From Azolla caroliniana (taxonomy: Eukaryota; Plantae; Polypodiophyta), in the NCBI GenBank assembly GCA_043228905.1, contig JBHGNT010000011.1, forward strand, positions 16,492,001 through 16,556,000: a stretch of DNA of 64,000 bases, given 5' to 3'. A model generated the notes under the pieces. It saw only the letters and a list, made by a program, of their open reading frames with translations, did not search any database and was not told the DNA's origin. Shown piece by piece: positions 21,284 through 33,989 of the stretch (within the stretch, counting starts at the first letter, position 1; each line of letters starts with the position of its first letter). The translations under genes were made by a program, and so were the position numbers.

Positions 21284-24200
21284 GTGAAAGACACCGAAAC
21301 CCACAAGAAAAAAGATAGAGAGGAAAAACACGCCCTCAAGGCCGAAATAGAACAACTTAAAGTAGAAAACATCGACCTTAAAAAACAACTTAAGGACATC
21401 GACGTATCTCAAGAAGACGGTGAAATATCCTCTATAGAGGATATAAAGGACGAAATTAAAAAAGTTAAAGAGGAAGTTAATAATAACATAGAGTTAGCTA
21501 AAACGGGTTGGGTAGATGTGGTTAAAAGAAACATTAAAAAAGAAATAAAAGATGAAAATATTGTTAATACCACCCTTGAAGAAGAGAAAATGCGTCAGGC
21601 CCGACGCTTAAATGTACGTGTCACTGGGCTCAAGGAAGGTGCATCCCCAAATGAGGACGCACAAACACTTGGGAAAATGTTAGGGTACACAGAGGCCCTA
21701 CCTATCACCAAAGCATGGAGGGCCGGGCGTGACACAACTAGGAAGAGAGCCTCCTTCAATTTAAAGACTTAGACTCTAGAATCACTTTCTTTAAGAAGAG
21801 ACCAATCCTTCGAGGAATGGATGGGGACCCCATCTATCTCGATGAAGACCTCACTAAGATGCAAATTGAGCATCGCAAGAGTTGTATGCCACGAGTTATG
21901 CAAGGTCGTAAAGAAGGCCATCGCGCCTTTTACCGAGACGGGCGAGTGATCATAAATGATCGCACTACTAATTGACGGCGTGTGGCCCATGTGACAGAAA
22001 ATGCACTTAGGATGACCCTATGGAATTGTAATGGCGCACTTTGGGCACACCCCAGCCGCCTAGAGGAGATACTAAAGGTATCTGATATACTTTTCTTGGT
22101 AGAAACACATCAGAGCCCAAATAGAGGACTCCCACGGGTCGAAGGATTCCGTTGGGAGTCCGCTTTTAGACAAACCTCACGTCGACACACTACTAGGGGA
22201 TCTGGAGGTGTCGCGATACTATTTCGTAGAGAGCTACATAATAGGATAGAAATAATGAAGATAGACCCAGAAGCTCGTTTTATGTGGGTGAAAGTCTCCA
22301 CAAGCAAAGACCATGCAGTATTTTTCGCCATTTGTTACTTTCCCCCAAAAGGATCCCGTTATAATATTGGTGGCTTGACGAGATTAGTCGATGAAGGAAT
22401 GCCACATGGGCCTTCTCCATACGAACCCCTATCGGATGACATAATCCGATATTCTTCCCAAGGAGAAGTATTTCTTGTAGGAGACTTCAATGCGAGAACC
22501 CAATCCCGACAATGCACAGTATTTCAGATGAATAGAAACCTAGAAATGGTAAATGTTGATCCTTTAGACATAGACACCACACATAGATCAAAGGATCAAG
22601 TTGCGGACGCCACGAGCTTTGGCCATCATCTGCTCGAACTTGGCAGTCGGCACTAGATGGTCATATATAATGGTTTAGCTAAGTGGCCGGGCTCGGAAGA
22701 GCTCACATGTTTCCCACATGGAGGAGGGGAAAACACAGTTGACTATCTAATAGGGCGCCCTGAAGCTACCCACATGATTAACTCCTTCCGAGTGGCCCCA
22801 TGCCCTATTGGCGCAGACCATAGTTTCTTATACTTCGAGCTAAAATGTGATATCTCTAAGGTCACCAAGTCTAGTCAACCATGCCATCACACCACAATAC
22901 ATTTCACACATGAGCTCTCTGACATATACTCTCAACATGTTCAGGCCCATCTCCCCTCCCTTGATCCCTCCCTACCGTTAGAAAGCCTTAGTACAAAACT
23001 CACACACATCCTTCACTCCGTAGCAGCTAGCAGTTTCCCATATACAAAACACTCAAATCAAGGTAGGTCAGGATCAATGCCACAAAATAAATGGTATGAC
23101 GAGGATTGTAGGGACCTACATAGACAACTTACAGTATCGCAACTCAATGGTAGTATTACCTCCATACAAGCTCGCAAAGAAATGCGTAAGATGACACGTC
23201 GTATGAGACGAATGTGGGAGGCATCCCAATACTGGGAACTCTACCATATGCTCATGAGTAGCGATTGCGCCATGGCATGGAAGAGACTACGGGAGCCAAG
23301 ACCACAAACACCCATCGAAGATCTCGAAACTTGGCACACATATACAGAGAGACTTTACCAAATCCCAAACCAACCACCCTTTCCAATGCCTTCCACACCC
23401 CGGCCTACCACGGGGACACTTTTCACGACCTCTAGGGTCATGAAGGTCATAAAGAAATTACAACATAGGAAATCCATGGACCACACAGGATTGCGAGCAG
23501 AACACATTATATATGCGAGAGAGTGCCTAGCTCCCTTGCTAACTCTAATCTTCAATCGTGCCCTTGCGGAGGGTTTTCCACCACAGTGGACTATGAATAC
23601 AGTGGCCCCCATACATAAAGGGGGGGACCCCATGGACCCAAATACATATAGGACCATTATGATAGGCCATACCCTTGCTAAGTTATATGGTGCAGTAATG
23701 GAAGCAGAGCTTAGCGACTACATGGAGACCCTAAACCTTCGTGCACCTGAACAAGCTGGCTTTAGACGAGCCTTCTCCACTATTGATCATATCTTCACAC
23801 TTAGATGCCTAATTGACCAAACTAAGGCTCGCAAGAAGAAATTATATTGTTGTTTTGTGGACTTCCGCAAAGCCTTTGACACAGTCCCTAGAGAGCGGTT
23901 GTTTGATAGACTTAAAAGCTTGAGGATACCAGATGATATGGTATGGGCCATCTACGCACTATATGAACAAGTGTCCGGGTGTGTCTGATGCCCCGGTGGC
24001 CTATCCAATCGTTTCACTAGCACTATTGGTGTAAAACAAGGTTGCCCCCTATCACCGACGCTTTTTGGGATCTACATTGATGAGATCACAGATTTTATTG
24101 CTCGTGAGGGAGGCACCGGAGTGGTCCTTGGGGATACGCAGGTTCGTATCTTGCTCTATGCGGAAGACATAGTTTTGCTCTCTGAATCCGAACACGACCT

Positions 24201-25920
24201 ACAGAGGCACCTTAATGCCTTAGATGACTTTTGTGTACAACGAGGATTGGTAGTGAATCTAGGGAAAACGAAAGTCCTTATCTTCCACACATCGGCCCAA
24301 GTTAGAGCTAAGTGTCACCTAACTATCTCCAATAGCCCAGTCGAGGTGGTTGGATCATACGTCTATCTCGGAGTCACTTTTAGTGCCCGCTCAGGTAAAT
24401 TTTCGATGACACAGGCAGCGAAGGATAGACTCACGAGAGGACATGCATCCCTCTCACTCCTAGAGAGACAATGCCACCAAGCACACTTTCAAGAGCCACA
24501 GACTAAAGGGTGGCTCTTTGACTCATTAGTGACCCCCTCCCTCATGTATGCATCAGCGGTTTGGGCTCTAGGATTACCATCTTTCATGTGGACGCAATTA
24601 GAGAGACCATTGGGGATGATGCTATCACGCCAACTCCGAAGCAAATCGACTGTACCACATGACATTATTAGGGCCGAGTTCACGTTACCCCCAATGTTAG
24701 CAGAGGCACTTTTTCAACTTGTAGTCTTCATTGATAGGATACATAGCCAACCACATGATAGAATATCTCATCAAGCCTTTAAGGCCTCTCGATCATTGTA
24801 TGAGTCCGGCTATACTAGCTCATGGTATGGCATGATGGTGAGTTGGCTTCTTGCGAATGGTCTAGACATTAATAACCTACCTCCCCTTAGGTACAACCAC
24901 ACGAGTGATAACACCTTAATCTCTCATGAGAACCGCAATAAAGTAATACGCCAAGAAATATGGCAAATTTACACTCAGTGTAAATGGATCACCCCACTAG
25001 AGCCACTCCCATCTAAAATGTCGTACTATAAGAAACACTTCATGCACTTCTCTGAGTTAGGTTTTATCACGCGGCCAAAATATCTAGATGTATTCTTACC
25101 ACATGCACTAAGGGTTGCCATTGGACAACTTAGAATATCATCTCACCAACTTGAGATTGAAAATGGCCGTACTAGTGGAGTCCCTAGGGAGGAAAGGATA
25201 TGTAGGTTATGTCACATAGAGATAGAGGATGAGTACCACTTTACATGCAAGTGTCCAACCTATGCCGAGATAAGGGCAAAATACCAAGACATACTTGGTC
25301 CGTCTCCCACCCTCCCCAAACTATAAGATACTCTAGATATAAAGAAATTAGGCAAATACATTCTCGAGCTAAAACAACACAGAGAGAATAAGTTACAAAA
25401 TGTTGACAATAATGTTGCTAATGATCACGAACATGTAACAAATGATGTTTTTCAGGAACCTGAGGAGACAACGAATGCCGACACACTTGCACCACTCGGC
25501 CTTTCCATTGATGAGGCAGAAAACCAGAGAAGAACCAAACGTCCCCGGGTGCCGGGTTTCAAAGCAACTCGACGTGATGTGGAAGCAATATTGAAAATAA
25601 GGGAACGTGAGCGACACTGCCTAGAAGCCATGGCTAGGGCACTCTCTACATTGGAACCCACATCAAGACCCTTTGACCCCCCACTTCTTTTCGAGAGGCT
25701 TGGGTGGAAATAAAATTAGGCTTAGTGTATAGTCACTTTCGAGTATACTACATATTGTACACTACTAGTACTCTTTTAGTTTAAGTTCTATTTTTTACTT
25801 AATTTTATTTTAGTTATGATGACTGGATAAATACTCTATTGTTGTAAACCAATTGTCTCATGGGCCAAATTTGGCCTTAGAAGACGTTAATATATCTTTC
25901 TTTCTTTCTTTCTTTCTTTC
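21284..25920 (+). mobile_element. Near full-length LINE (RTEX/L2-like): ORF1 ~21284-21975 (coiled coil, one frameshift), ORF2 ~21982-25713 (APE endonuclease, RT, CCHC), 3' (CTTT)n tail
   Basis: APE motifs WNCNG, LVETH, GSGGVAIL, VGDFNA, TVDYL, GADH. RT motifs EQAGFR, FVDFRKAFD, GVKQGCPLSP, LLYAED, YVYLGV. Zinc knuckle CRLC..EDEYHF..C. Three in-frame stops at 22654, 23986 and 24324-frame position 25324. Tail TTAATATATCTTTCTTTC... Confidence 0.9.
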
Positions 25921-25931
25921 TCTCGTCCTCG

Positions 25932-25973
<42 letters not shown>

Positions 25974-26049
25974 CTCTTCTCTCTCCATCGAACCATCATG
26001 GTTGGCTCATTAATGGCAAAACTATTTGGACGTATAATGGAATCAAAGA

Positions 26050-27130
26050 TAAGTGTATGGGCTGAAAAAAATGGTAAGTGAGCTTATGGACAAGCTGGCT
26101 TTTGGAAACACCATAGCACAATTGATCACCTTATCACCCTTCGAGTATTAATGGTGGAAAGTCGCCTTAGAGGTAAAGGTTTATATTGTTGCTTTGTAGA
26201 CTTCAAGAAAGCTTTTGATATGGTACCTCGTGAGCATCTTTGGAGGCGAATGGAAGAACTTGAGGTGCCAAGTGAATATATGCTTGCAATTTCCTGAATT
26301 TATGAGAAGGTTATATGTTGTGTGCGCATGAGAGATAAACTTTCAGATTTTTTCAAAAGCACTATTGGTGTTAAGCAAGGATGCCCACTCTCACCAGCAC
26401 TATTTGGTCTATGCATTGATGAATTGGAAGAAATGGTTACCAAGTTTGCAAAGGAAGAATGTGTTGAAGAAGTTGCCATTGGGAATGTTGTGATTATGTT
26501 TTTGCTATATGCAGATGATGTAGTGCTTTTTGCAAATACTTTAGGAGATGCACAAAAGCTTATGAAGGCATTGGAAAAAAATTGCATGCATACTAAATTA
26601 AGTGTCAATAGCTCTAAAACAAAGATTATGTTGGTGAAGAGTCAAAAAAGAGATAAACCATCCATTATGTACAACAATGAGCCACTTGGATGTGTGGAAA
26701 GCTTCAGGTATCTTGGCCTTGAAGTTCCTTCAAATCATAGATGGAATGAATGTGCCACACGCTGCTTAGAGGCGGGTAAGCGAGCATACTATGCATTTGA
26801 GAACACATGCAATCTTGGAGATATTAAGTGTTGGGTCCTCAAGTAATATCTTTTCGACACTTTGGTGACACTGGTTCTTCTCTATGGGGTGGAAGTATGG
26901 GGCGGTAGCATCCCTAAATCTATGTGGAAAGAGTTTGAAAATGTCCAAAAACATTTTCTTACAAAGTTTCTACAAGTTAAGAAACAAACGCCCTACACCC
27001 TCCTCCTCCTTGAGACGAGATCGCGTCCCATTGAGATCATGGCCATGGAAAGGGTTGTTGAATACATACTTAAGGTTCAAAAAAGTCCCTCACATCGACT
27101 TCCTAGAATTGCGTGGGGGGGCCTAAGGAA
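26050..27130 (+). mobile_element. Second LINE RT fragment of a related clade, truncated
   Basis: QAGF, CCFVDFKKAFDMVPR, GVKQGCPLSPALF, LLYADD, FRYLG, LLYGVEVWG; contains stops. Confidence 0.85.
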
Positions 27131-27289
27131 GAATGCACCAGATTAATGGTAGCTTGATGGTAGGTCAATTTTTATTGTAATAATTGTTCATAACTAATGA
27201 AAGGATATTTTTCCAAAAAAAATAAATGGGGTTTCTGACCAAATATTAGGATAGGGTTTTTTATAGTCTTATTGGGATAGAATATATGG

Positions 27290-27520
27290 GAGTGCTTCCA
27301 TGAAGGGTGTATAACTCAATGGTAGAGCAATCGATTGCAACCATAATGATAGGTCATTAGATCAATCTTGCTTGCATTGTAAAGTAAGGAGATAATGTAT
27401 GGATTACTTACATCAACATTAATGTCCTCAAATTATTACTTGCAAATTTCATCACACAAATGTAGATATGTCATATGTGTCAAATGTTTCTAATCTAACA
27501 TGCCATAAATACTCTTGTTA
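27290..27520 (+). pseudogene. Isolated, highly diverged tRNA-Cys array unit (tRNA part ~27305-27380 plus spacer)
   Basis: GGGTGTATAACTCAATGGTAGAGCAATCGATTGCAA...GATAGGTCATTAG, followed by spacer-like TGCAAAT..ACACAAA..ATATG..TATGTGTCAAATGTTTCTAATCTAA. Confidence 0.8.
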
Positions 27521-28229
27521 GGTTTTCACGTCAATTGGAGGTTTCATAATACTCCACGAGGGTAGTGGGCCAAAGCCTTGGTCAGAGAGGAAAATAGACA
27601 TAATGTTCTTCACATTCTGCACCATGCTAACACAATTGGCAAAACCGTTTCTTCTACAAGTATCCATGCATATTTACATATCTCCATCTCTAACTAACTT
27701 GAAGGGGTTCGTGATCGTCCCATCGTGATGCTTAACGCATAGGATGGGTGTACGTCCACGTTAGAGGGCATGACGATGAACTTTCGGCCTTCATATGTGT
27801 GTGAGAAGCATGCCTTACAATGGGCCAACTTCCAGCCCAAGAGATTTTCGTCGTGGGACTAAACCATGTTCTGTTTCTCTCGTGTTATCCATGTCGATAA
27901 AAGCAGTTCTGGTCACTCTATTCTTTTCCGCTTAGTGCATTGATGCATGGGCCATGGGATGAACCGTCCTAGCATATATCAACGCCGCTTATGTCTATGT
28001 TCCACTACTCTTGTGAGATATATATATATATACATAGACATACATATATATATATATATGTATGTATGTATGTATGTATACATACATACATACATATATG
28101 TATACATATATAGAGAGAGAGAGGTTGGGTTGATGTCTTTTCTCGTGGGTAGACATATGACAGTATATTTAAATTAGAAGTCCTAAGGGCAGGCAGGCAA
28201 GTCAGGCAGGCTTAAATCCTTGGAAATCT

Positions 28230-28267
<38 letters not shown>

Positions 28268-28453
28268 CAGATCAGAGAGCTCGCACGATGATGATGCACC
28301 TGCGGGTGTCTCTGTTCAGTTTTTGAGACGACGCAGAGAAAAGCAGAAGAAGCAAGTCCCAAGGTAAGCAGAGAAAGAAAGAAAGAAAAAAAGAAACTCT
28401 TGAAAGAAGTAGGTGGTCCATTCCTTTCCTTCCGATCCACCACCACCACCACC

Positions 28454-31400
28454 ATGGTGCTTGTACTAGCGCTTGGTGATCTGCACATTCCTCACAGAGC
28501 ATTAGATCTGCCCGCTAAATTCAAATCCATGCTCGTCCCTGGCAAAATCCAACACATCGTCAGCCCTGGCAATCTCTGCATCAAGGTAAACAAACCTTTC
28601 TCTTTCCTAGCTGCCTTAACACAAGATAGTGTATCAAACAGGCCGATCCAGATGTGTAGCAAAATGCTTATTATTGATCAGCATTCATGGCTTTTGCATA
28701 ACAGAAAGAGACTTCGTTTTTTCTAGATTCAGCGGAAGTCTTATCATCCCTATGCTTATGTTTTAATTCATATCTTTCTAATTCTTGCAAAAAGAAGATT
28801 CTCTTTGTCCTTTTTGTTTTATTTATGTTTTCACCAAATGTGTACTGTACATGTATACCTCGTTGCCCCTTTGTTTCACAGGAAATTCATGACTACTTGA
28901 GGAGCCTCTGTTCTGATGTCCATATTGCAAAAGGAGAGTACGATGAAGATTCTCGATATCCAGAGACCAAGGTTTTGACGATTGGGTCTTTCAAGCTGGG
29001 TATTTGCCATGGTCATCAGGTATGATCTATGTTTTCTGACTGTAAAAAATCACATTGACCATGGCTTTCACATTGAATATATGAATTTACCATGACAAAG
29101 CTTGATGTCTTATGCCTGTATGAAGTAACTGGAATGTTTTAATGCATCACATTCTCTGTCTTTTGCTTGGTAGTATGAAGAATGGAGGTACTTTCAGTCA
29201 CAGGATAACAATCAATTGATGAAGATATTAGGCCTAAATGCTGCTTTATAAATTGGGCAACCTGAAAGGAACCTTTGAAAATGATTGCATGCGTCTTTCA
29301 GTGGCACTTTGTGACTCTGCAAACCTTTGAAAAGCATTTTTATAGAATGCACAGATGCATTCAAGGAATGCTGATAATACCACGTGCTATTTTCACAGTA
29401 GATTTATGCTGCAACATATGTTTAGAAACTGAAAATCTCTCTGGTATGCTTGGAACTATGGAAAGGATTATTTTTGCACTTTGGACGAAATGTTAATTTC
29501 GTGATAATAGATAAGGAATTATGGGGGTACGGATTTAAGTTTGTGAGTTACAATGACAGGAATCCATAGTTGCAGGAAAGAGTGTTTCCAATATGCAAAA
29601 CATGATATTCTTTTCCTAGCATTTCTTGCAGCCCTTCTTTTCTGAACATTTTCTTGGAAGCAATTGAAAGCGTAATTGATGGTTTCTTTTTTCCTTCACG
29701 TTTTGTACCATGTTGGGAACTATGATTAAATCTAAATACTTACCAGTCTAAACATCTATGTGTAATTTTCCTATGCTATGCTATATAACTTTCTTGATGT
29801 AGAGGATATAGAGTGGCATTTCGGGAAATAAATGAAAAAAGGTATGCTATTCCCCCAAATGTTGGTAAATCGAGTTGCATTTAAAAATAATTCCCTTTGT
29901 CATACATCAATTATATGACAAATGCATACATCCTTTGGAAATATGAAAAACGAGTGATCACCAAGTGGATATCAAATGACATCATCAGCTCAAGAGAAGC
30001 AAACCACAACCATCGCTTCATATGTAAACTAATAATAGGTGTAGCTTGAGAAAAGTTACTTATAACTTACACAAGTTACCAAGTGTAAGCTAGTTAGCAT
30101 TAAAACGTTAAAAGCGCTATATCTCATCTTCACATAAATCCCAATAGAATATCTGAGCATGATATTCAATGAAGATAAAAACATGAATAAACTCTAAAAA
30201 CTTGTTGTTGGGTGTGAAAACAAGACAGAGCCCACTCTTCTTCATCATTCATGAACCGCATATCCTTAAATTATTCCTTCTCATTGTAGGAGAGGTGGAG
30301 CCATTATGGCCTCCCCAAACTCCCAAATTCCTATGAATGCATAACCCTTAATATATAGAACTTTTACACACTTATGGAATATCTCCGTCTGCATTGATAT
30401 GTTCACACTCCTATGTCAAACCGTAGCTTACTAGACTCATCCTCAAACTGATGAGTAATAGGCATAATTGCATAAAACAAGTGTTTCGGACCTATGAAAA
30501 ATGGCCATAAGTAAATCTGACCTTCTGATTGTGAAAGCACTACAAAGGCCAGCATATGGATCATCGTCATGGTTCAAAGTATCTTGATATGGGTACCCAT
30601 CAACCCATCAGTGAATAAATGTGCATATTACCAGTTGGAGGTAGGATGGATGGCCACTTTCAGTTCAAAAAATTGCATGTGTAGTGGCTCATAGTGGAAG
30701 AAAATTAATGATCTTTGATGACTGTGTCGTACAAACTCTAGTTTATGAACAGTGATATGGGAGAAAGTATATCACGAACATGTGAAAAGAAAGAAAGAAA
30801 GAAAGATATATTAACGTCTTTTAAGAGGCCAAAATGGCCTATAAGACCAAATAAGAGATTACATCTTAAGTGTTGTCTCGTCTTGAGAGAAACTATAAAC
30901 AAGATCCCTAGCCATAATATAGGGATAAAAAGAAAGACCATATTCGATCATACTTCTTGGGATAGGAAGCAGGCCAATTCAAGTTATTATCCTAGAAAGT
31001 GTGCTACTAAACGCATGCCAGCACTCTGTTACCCTTCACGACATTGCAACCTAGCTCGAAGGCCAAAAAAACACAGAAAGCTGCTAGTATTGAGTTGAGC
31101 GCATGATCTTGGAGGTTGATCTAACAATTATTAAGTGTGTTACTAATTGCTAAAGTCAAACACATGCCAGCACACTGTTACCCTTCAAGGCATTGCAATC
31201 TAACTCGTGGAAGGCACAAAAAAACACAGAAAGCTGCTAATATTGAGTTGAGCACATGATCTTGGAGGTTGATTTAAAAAATGGGAAATTGCAAATGCGT
31301 TAGGTTAATTGCCAGAGGAAACAAAGTATGTGATTGTTATGTACTAGAGTCTCATGTTCACTGCTTGTGGCTTGGCTTGCAGGCATATTTGGTGTGGCAT

Positions 31401-33989
31401 ATGGTGGGCCTGTTACAATCCTATTCTATGCTGGGTTGCACACATGCTACCTCTCTCAGCGCGAACAGTTCTTTGGCACCCATTTTGACACAGGCTTTGA
31501 CACCCATTTTCTCTCTGCATAGGGATCCCCTCTTTAGGGGAACAGTTTTGGGCAATTCCACCTCATGACTTGTGGAGCATCACAAGGATACAATTTCTGC
31601 AGAATTGTTAGTATGTCATTGTCTGCAGAATCCCATGTCCTTGGAGGGTTAGCACCAGACCACATAGGAATGTGATCAGCTGGGGAAGCGCCAGCTATTT
31701 TTTCAAGGGTGGCTGAGGAAAGAACTTTCAAAGAAGACTTTTCCTCAAAGGTTGGGGCTGTTCTCGCCTTGTCTTTGGTTTTGCTTTTGCTCTTGGAGAT
31801 ATAGTCCATTAGATGGGTTATTTTGTATTATACCTCTCAGTGATATCCTTGAGATTCTTGTGCACATCATCTTTTAAAGGCACCAAAGGCTTATATACAT
31901 GAGAAAGTCAAGCACATCCAGACTTTCGTTGGAAGAACCAAAACCCTGTGAACATTACTCCTAGATATGTGAAGGATCATGTGTATGCCACCTTCTCCTT
32001 TTCCAAGAAAGGTCATTCACCTTACATTTGGAGCTTGCACACCCACCCAATTTTAGGCTTACCTGTTCTTGAGTGAACACATTAAGTCAATATATTTTTA
32101 GCGCAGTGCAAAAGAATTGCCTACTCATGAAAGGTCATATGTATCAAACCTACATGAGTAGTTTTATTTTGTTCTAAATGTAGTTCCATATATTTTTAGA
32201 GCACTGCAAAAGAGTTATCTACTGATGAAAGGTCATATGTAAAAAACCTACATGAACAGAAAAATACTTCTTCAGGAAGGTTGGTCATCTTCCACCCTGG
32301 TTTTTGTATTTCTTTTTCTTCAAGTTTCATGGCTATAAAATTCTAGATACTTGTAGTTTTACCTCATGTTAGGACTTGGGTTTGCCTTGTCCTCTAAATA
32401 TGAAGTTTTGAAATTAAGTCAATATTAGAATAATTAAGCTTACAAAGCTGTTTCTGTTGAGTGTTATGTCTCAAAATTAAGCAAGCTTATAATTTTAAGC
32501 ATACCAAGTTGTTAGGGACACTTACAATTCCCATCCGGAAAAGCTTAGTTCGATACACACAAAAATTGAGCACATCAGAAAATGGAAATAGCAGAATCAC
32601 AAGAGTTGGAAAAGGATATTGCACAGATAAAGAGGATCATGAGGCCATCTTTCTATGTCCTATATAGGACAAAAGTTTTCTCAAGCCATATTAGAATATC
32701 ATGGTAGGCTGACTCGGCCATTACCACCATACAGCTCAGAAACAAACAAAATAATGAAAGGGTAGCGCCAAAAAAATGTATTCAGCCTAAAGGAACAGTG
32801 AAATGCTAATCCTAATCTTTCATTACATATTTCTGGAGAAGCCAAGAGAAATGATCACTGATATGGGTTTGTGTTCCATAGCATGTATAATCTTTCTTTA
32901 CATCAAAAGGTGTATAATCTAGGTTTGTGTGGTACTCCAAGTAAGATATTTTCTCTGAATGTGGCATTTAATGTGTAATTTTTGCCAATGCCCTTGTTTG
33001 CATGTTGAGCAATAGGATTGTGTCATGTGTGTAAACCATGGTCATTTAGACCATGACTCCATTACCTTTGTCATCGATCGATAGAGGCCATTATCACCTA
33101 GTATTGTAGGTGCTTCTCTTACTTTGGAGATCTCTCCATCTTGGACTGACCCATGTTGGAGATCCTTTGTAGGCAGAAGTTTCAATCTATCTAAGGTCAG
33201 AATCTTAAGTGCTTAGCTAACTAAATTCTTTCATGCCTTATATTTAGTTATATTTATTTTGGTTTGTTTTCAAAGACACGACAGTAGTTTACGATAGAAT
33301 CTCTTGTTCGGTCTGATAGTATTTTTGCCTCTAAAAAGAACTTAATATATCTTTCTTTTTTCTACCACATGGTATGAACTGTATATCCCAGAACGTACAG
33401 TGGTGCATCATTTCCCATCTATCAGGGCATACAATCATCTTCTCTTGCATTTTAGATGGTTCAACACCTTGCACATTCCTTATTTTCTTAATCATGCAAA
33501 TCTTTAAAACTTCTAAACAAGCCCTTTCTTCTCTTTCGACAGAAACACAATATCTTCAAGTTTCTATAAAGCTAGCTCCAATTCTATTCTTTGATTAGTT
33601 TTGTTAAAATTCTTTGCTGGTAACCTGTATATGTTTGCTATTAATGTGATGTGTACTTGAGAAATTCTGATATTATTGCTGTTATTGTGATGAAGGTTAT
33701 TCCATGGGGAGATCTTGATTCTCTAGCCATGCTTCAGCGCCAGTTAGACGTGGATATACTTATCACAGGCCATACTCATCAATTTAAAGCTTACAAACAT
33801 GAAGGAGGTGTGATTATCAACCCTGGATCAGCAACAGGGGCGTTCAGTAGTTTAACACATGAAGTGAACCCTAGTTTTGTCCTAATGGATATTGATGGAT
33901 TGCGTGTTGTTGTTTATGTGTATGAACTTATTGAAGGTGTGGTAAAGGTTGACAAAATTGATTTCAAAAAGGCTCAACCAGCTGCTTGA
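28454..33989 (+). CDS. VPS29: Retromer subunit VPS29; exons 28454-28585, 28882-29019, 33696-33989 (187 aa)
   Basis: [31 protein letters not shown] / [13 protein letters not shown] / [54 protein letters not shown]. Both introns are GT-AG, phase 0. Confidence 0.95.
30780..30960 (-). mobile_element. Short LINE-3'-end/SINE-like copy in VPS29 intron 2
   Basis: RC reads ...GGCCATTTTGGCCTCTTAAAAGACGTTAATATATCTTTCTTTC, matching the LINE end at 25863-25920. Confidence 0.65.
33220..33362 (+). mobile_element. Second, more diverged LINE-3'-end/SINE-like copy in VPS29 intron 2
   Basis: AATCTCTTGTTCGGTCTGATAG..TTGCCTCTAAAAAGAACTTAATATATCTTTC aligns with the RC of 30780-30960. Confidence 0.55.
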
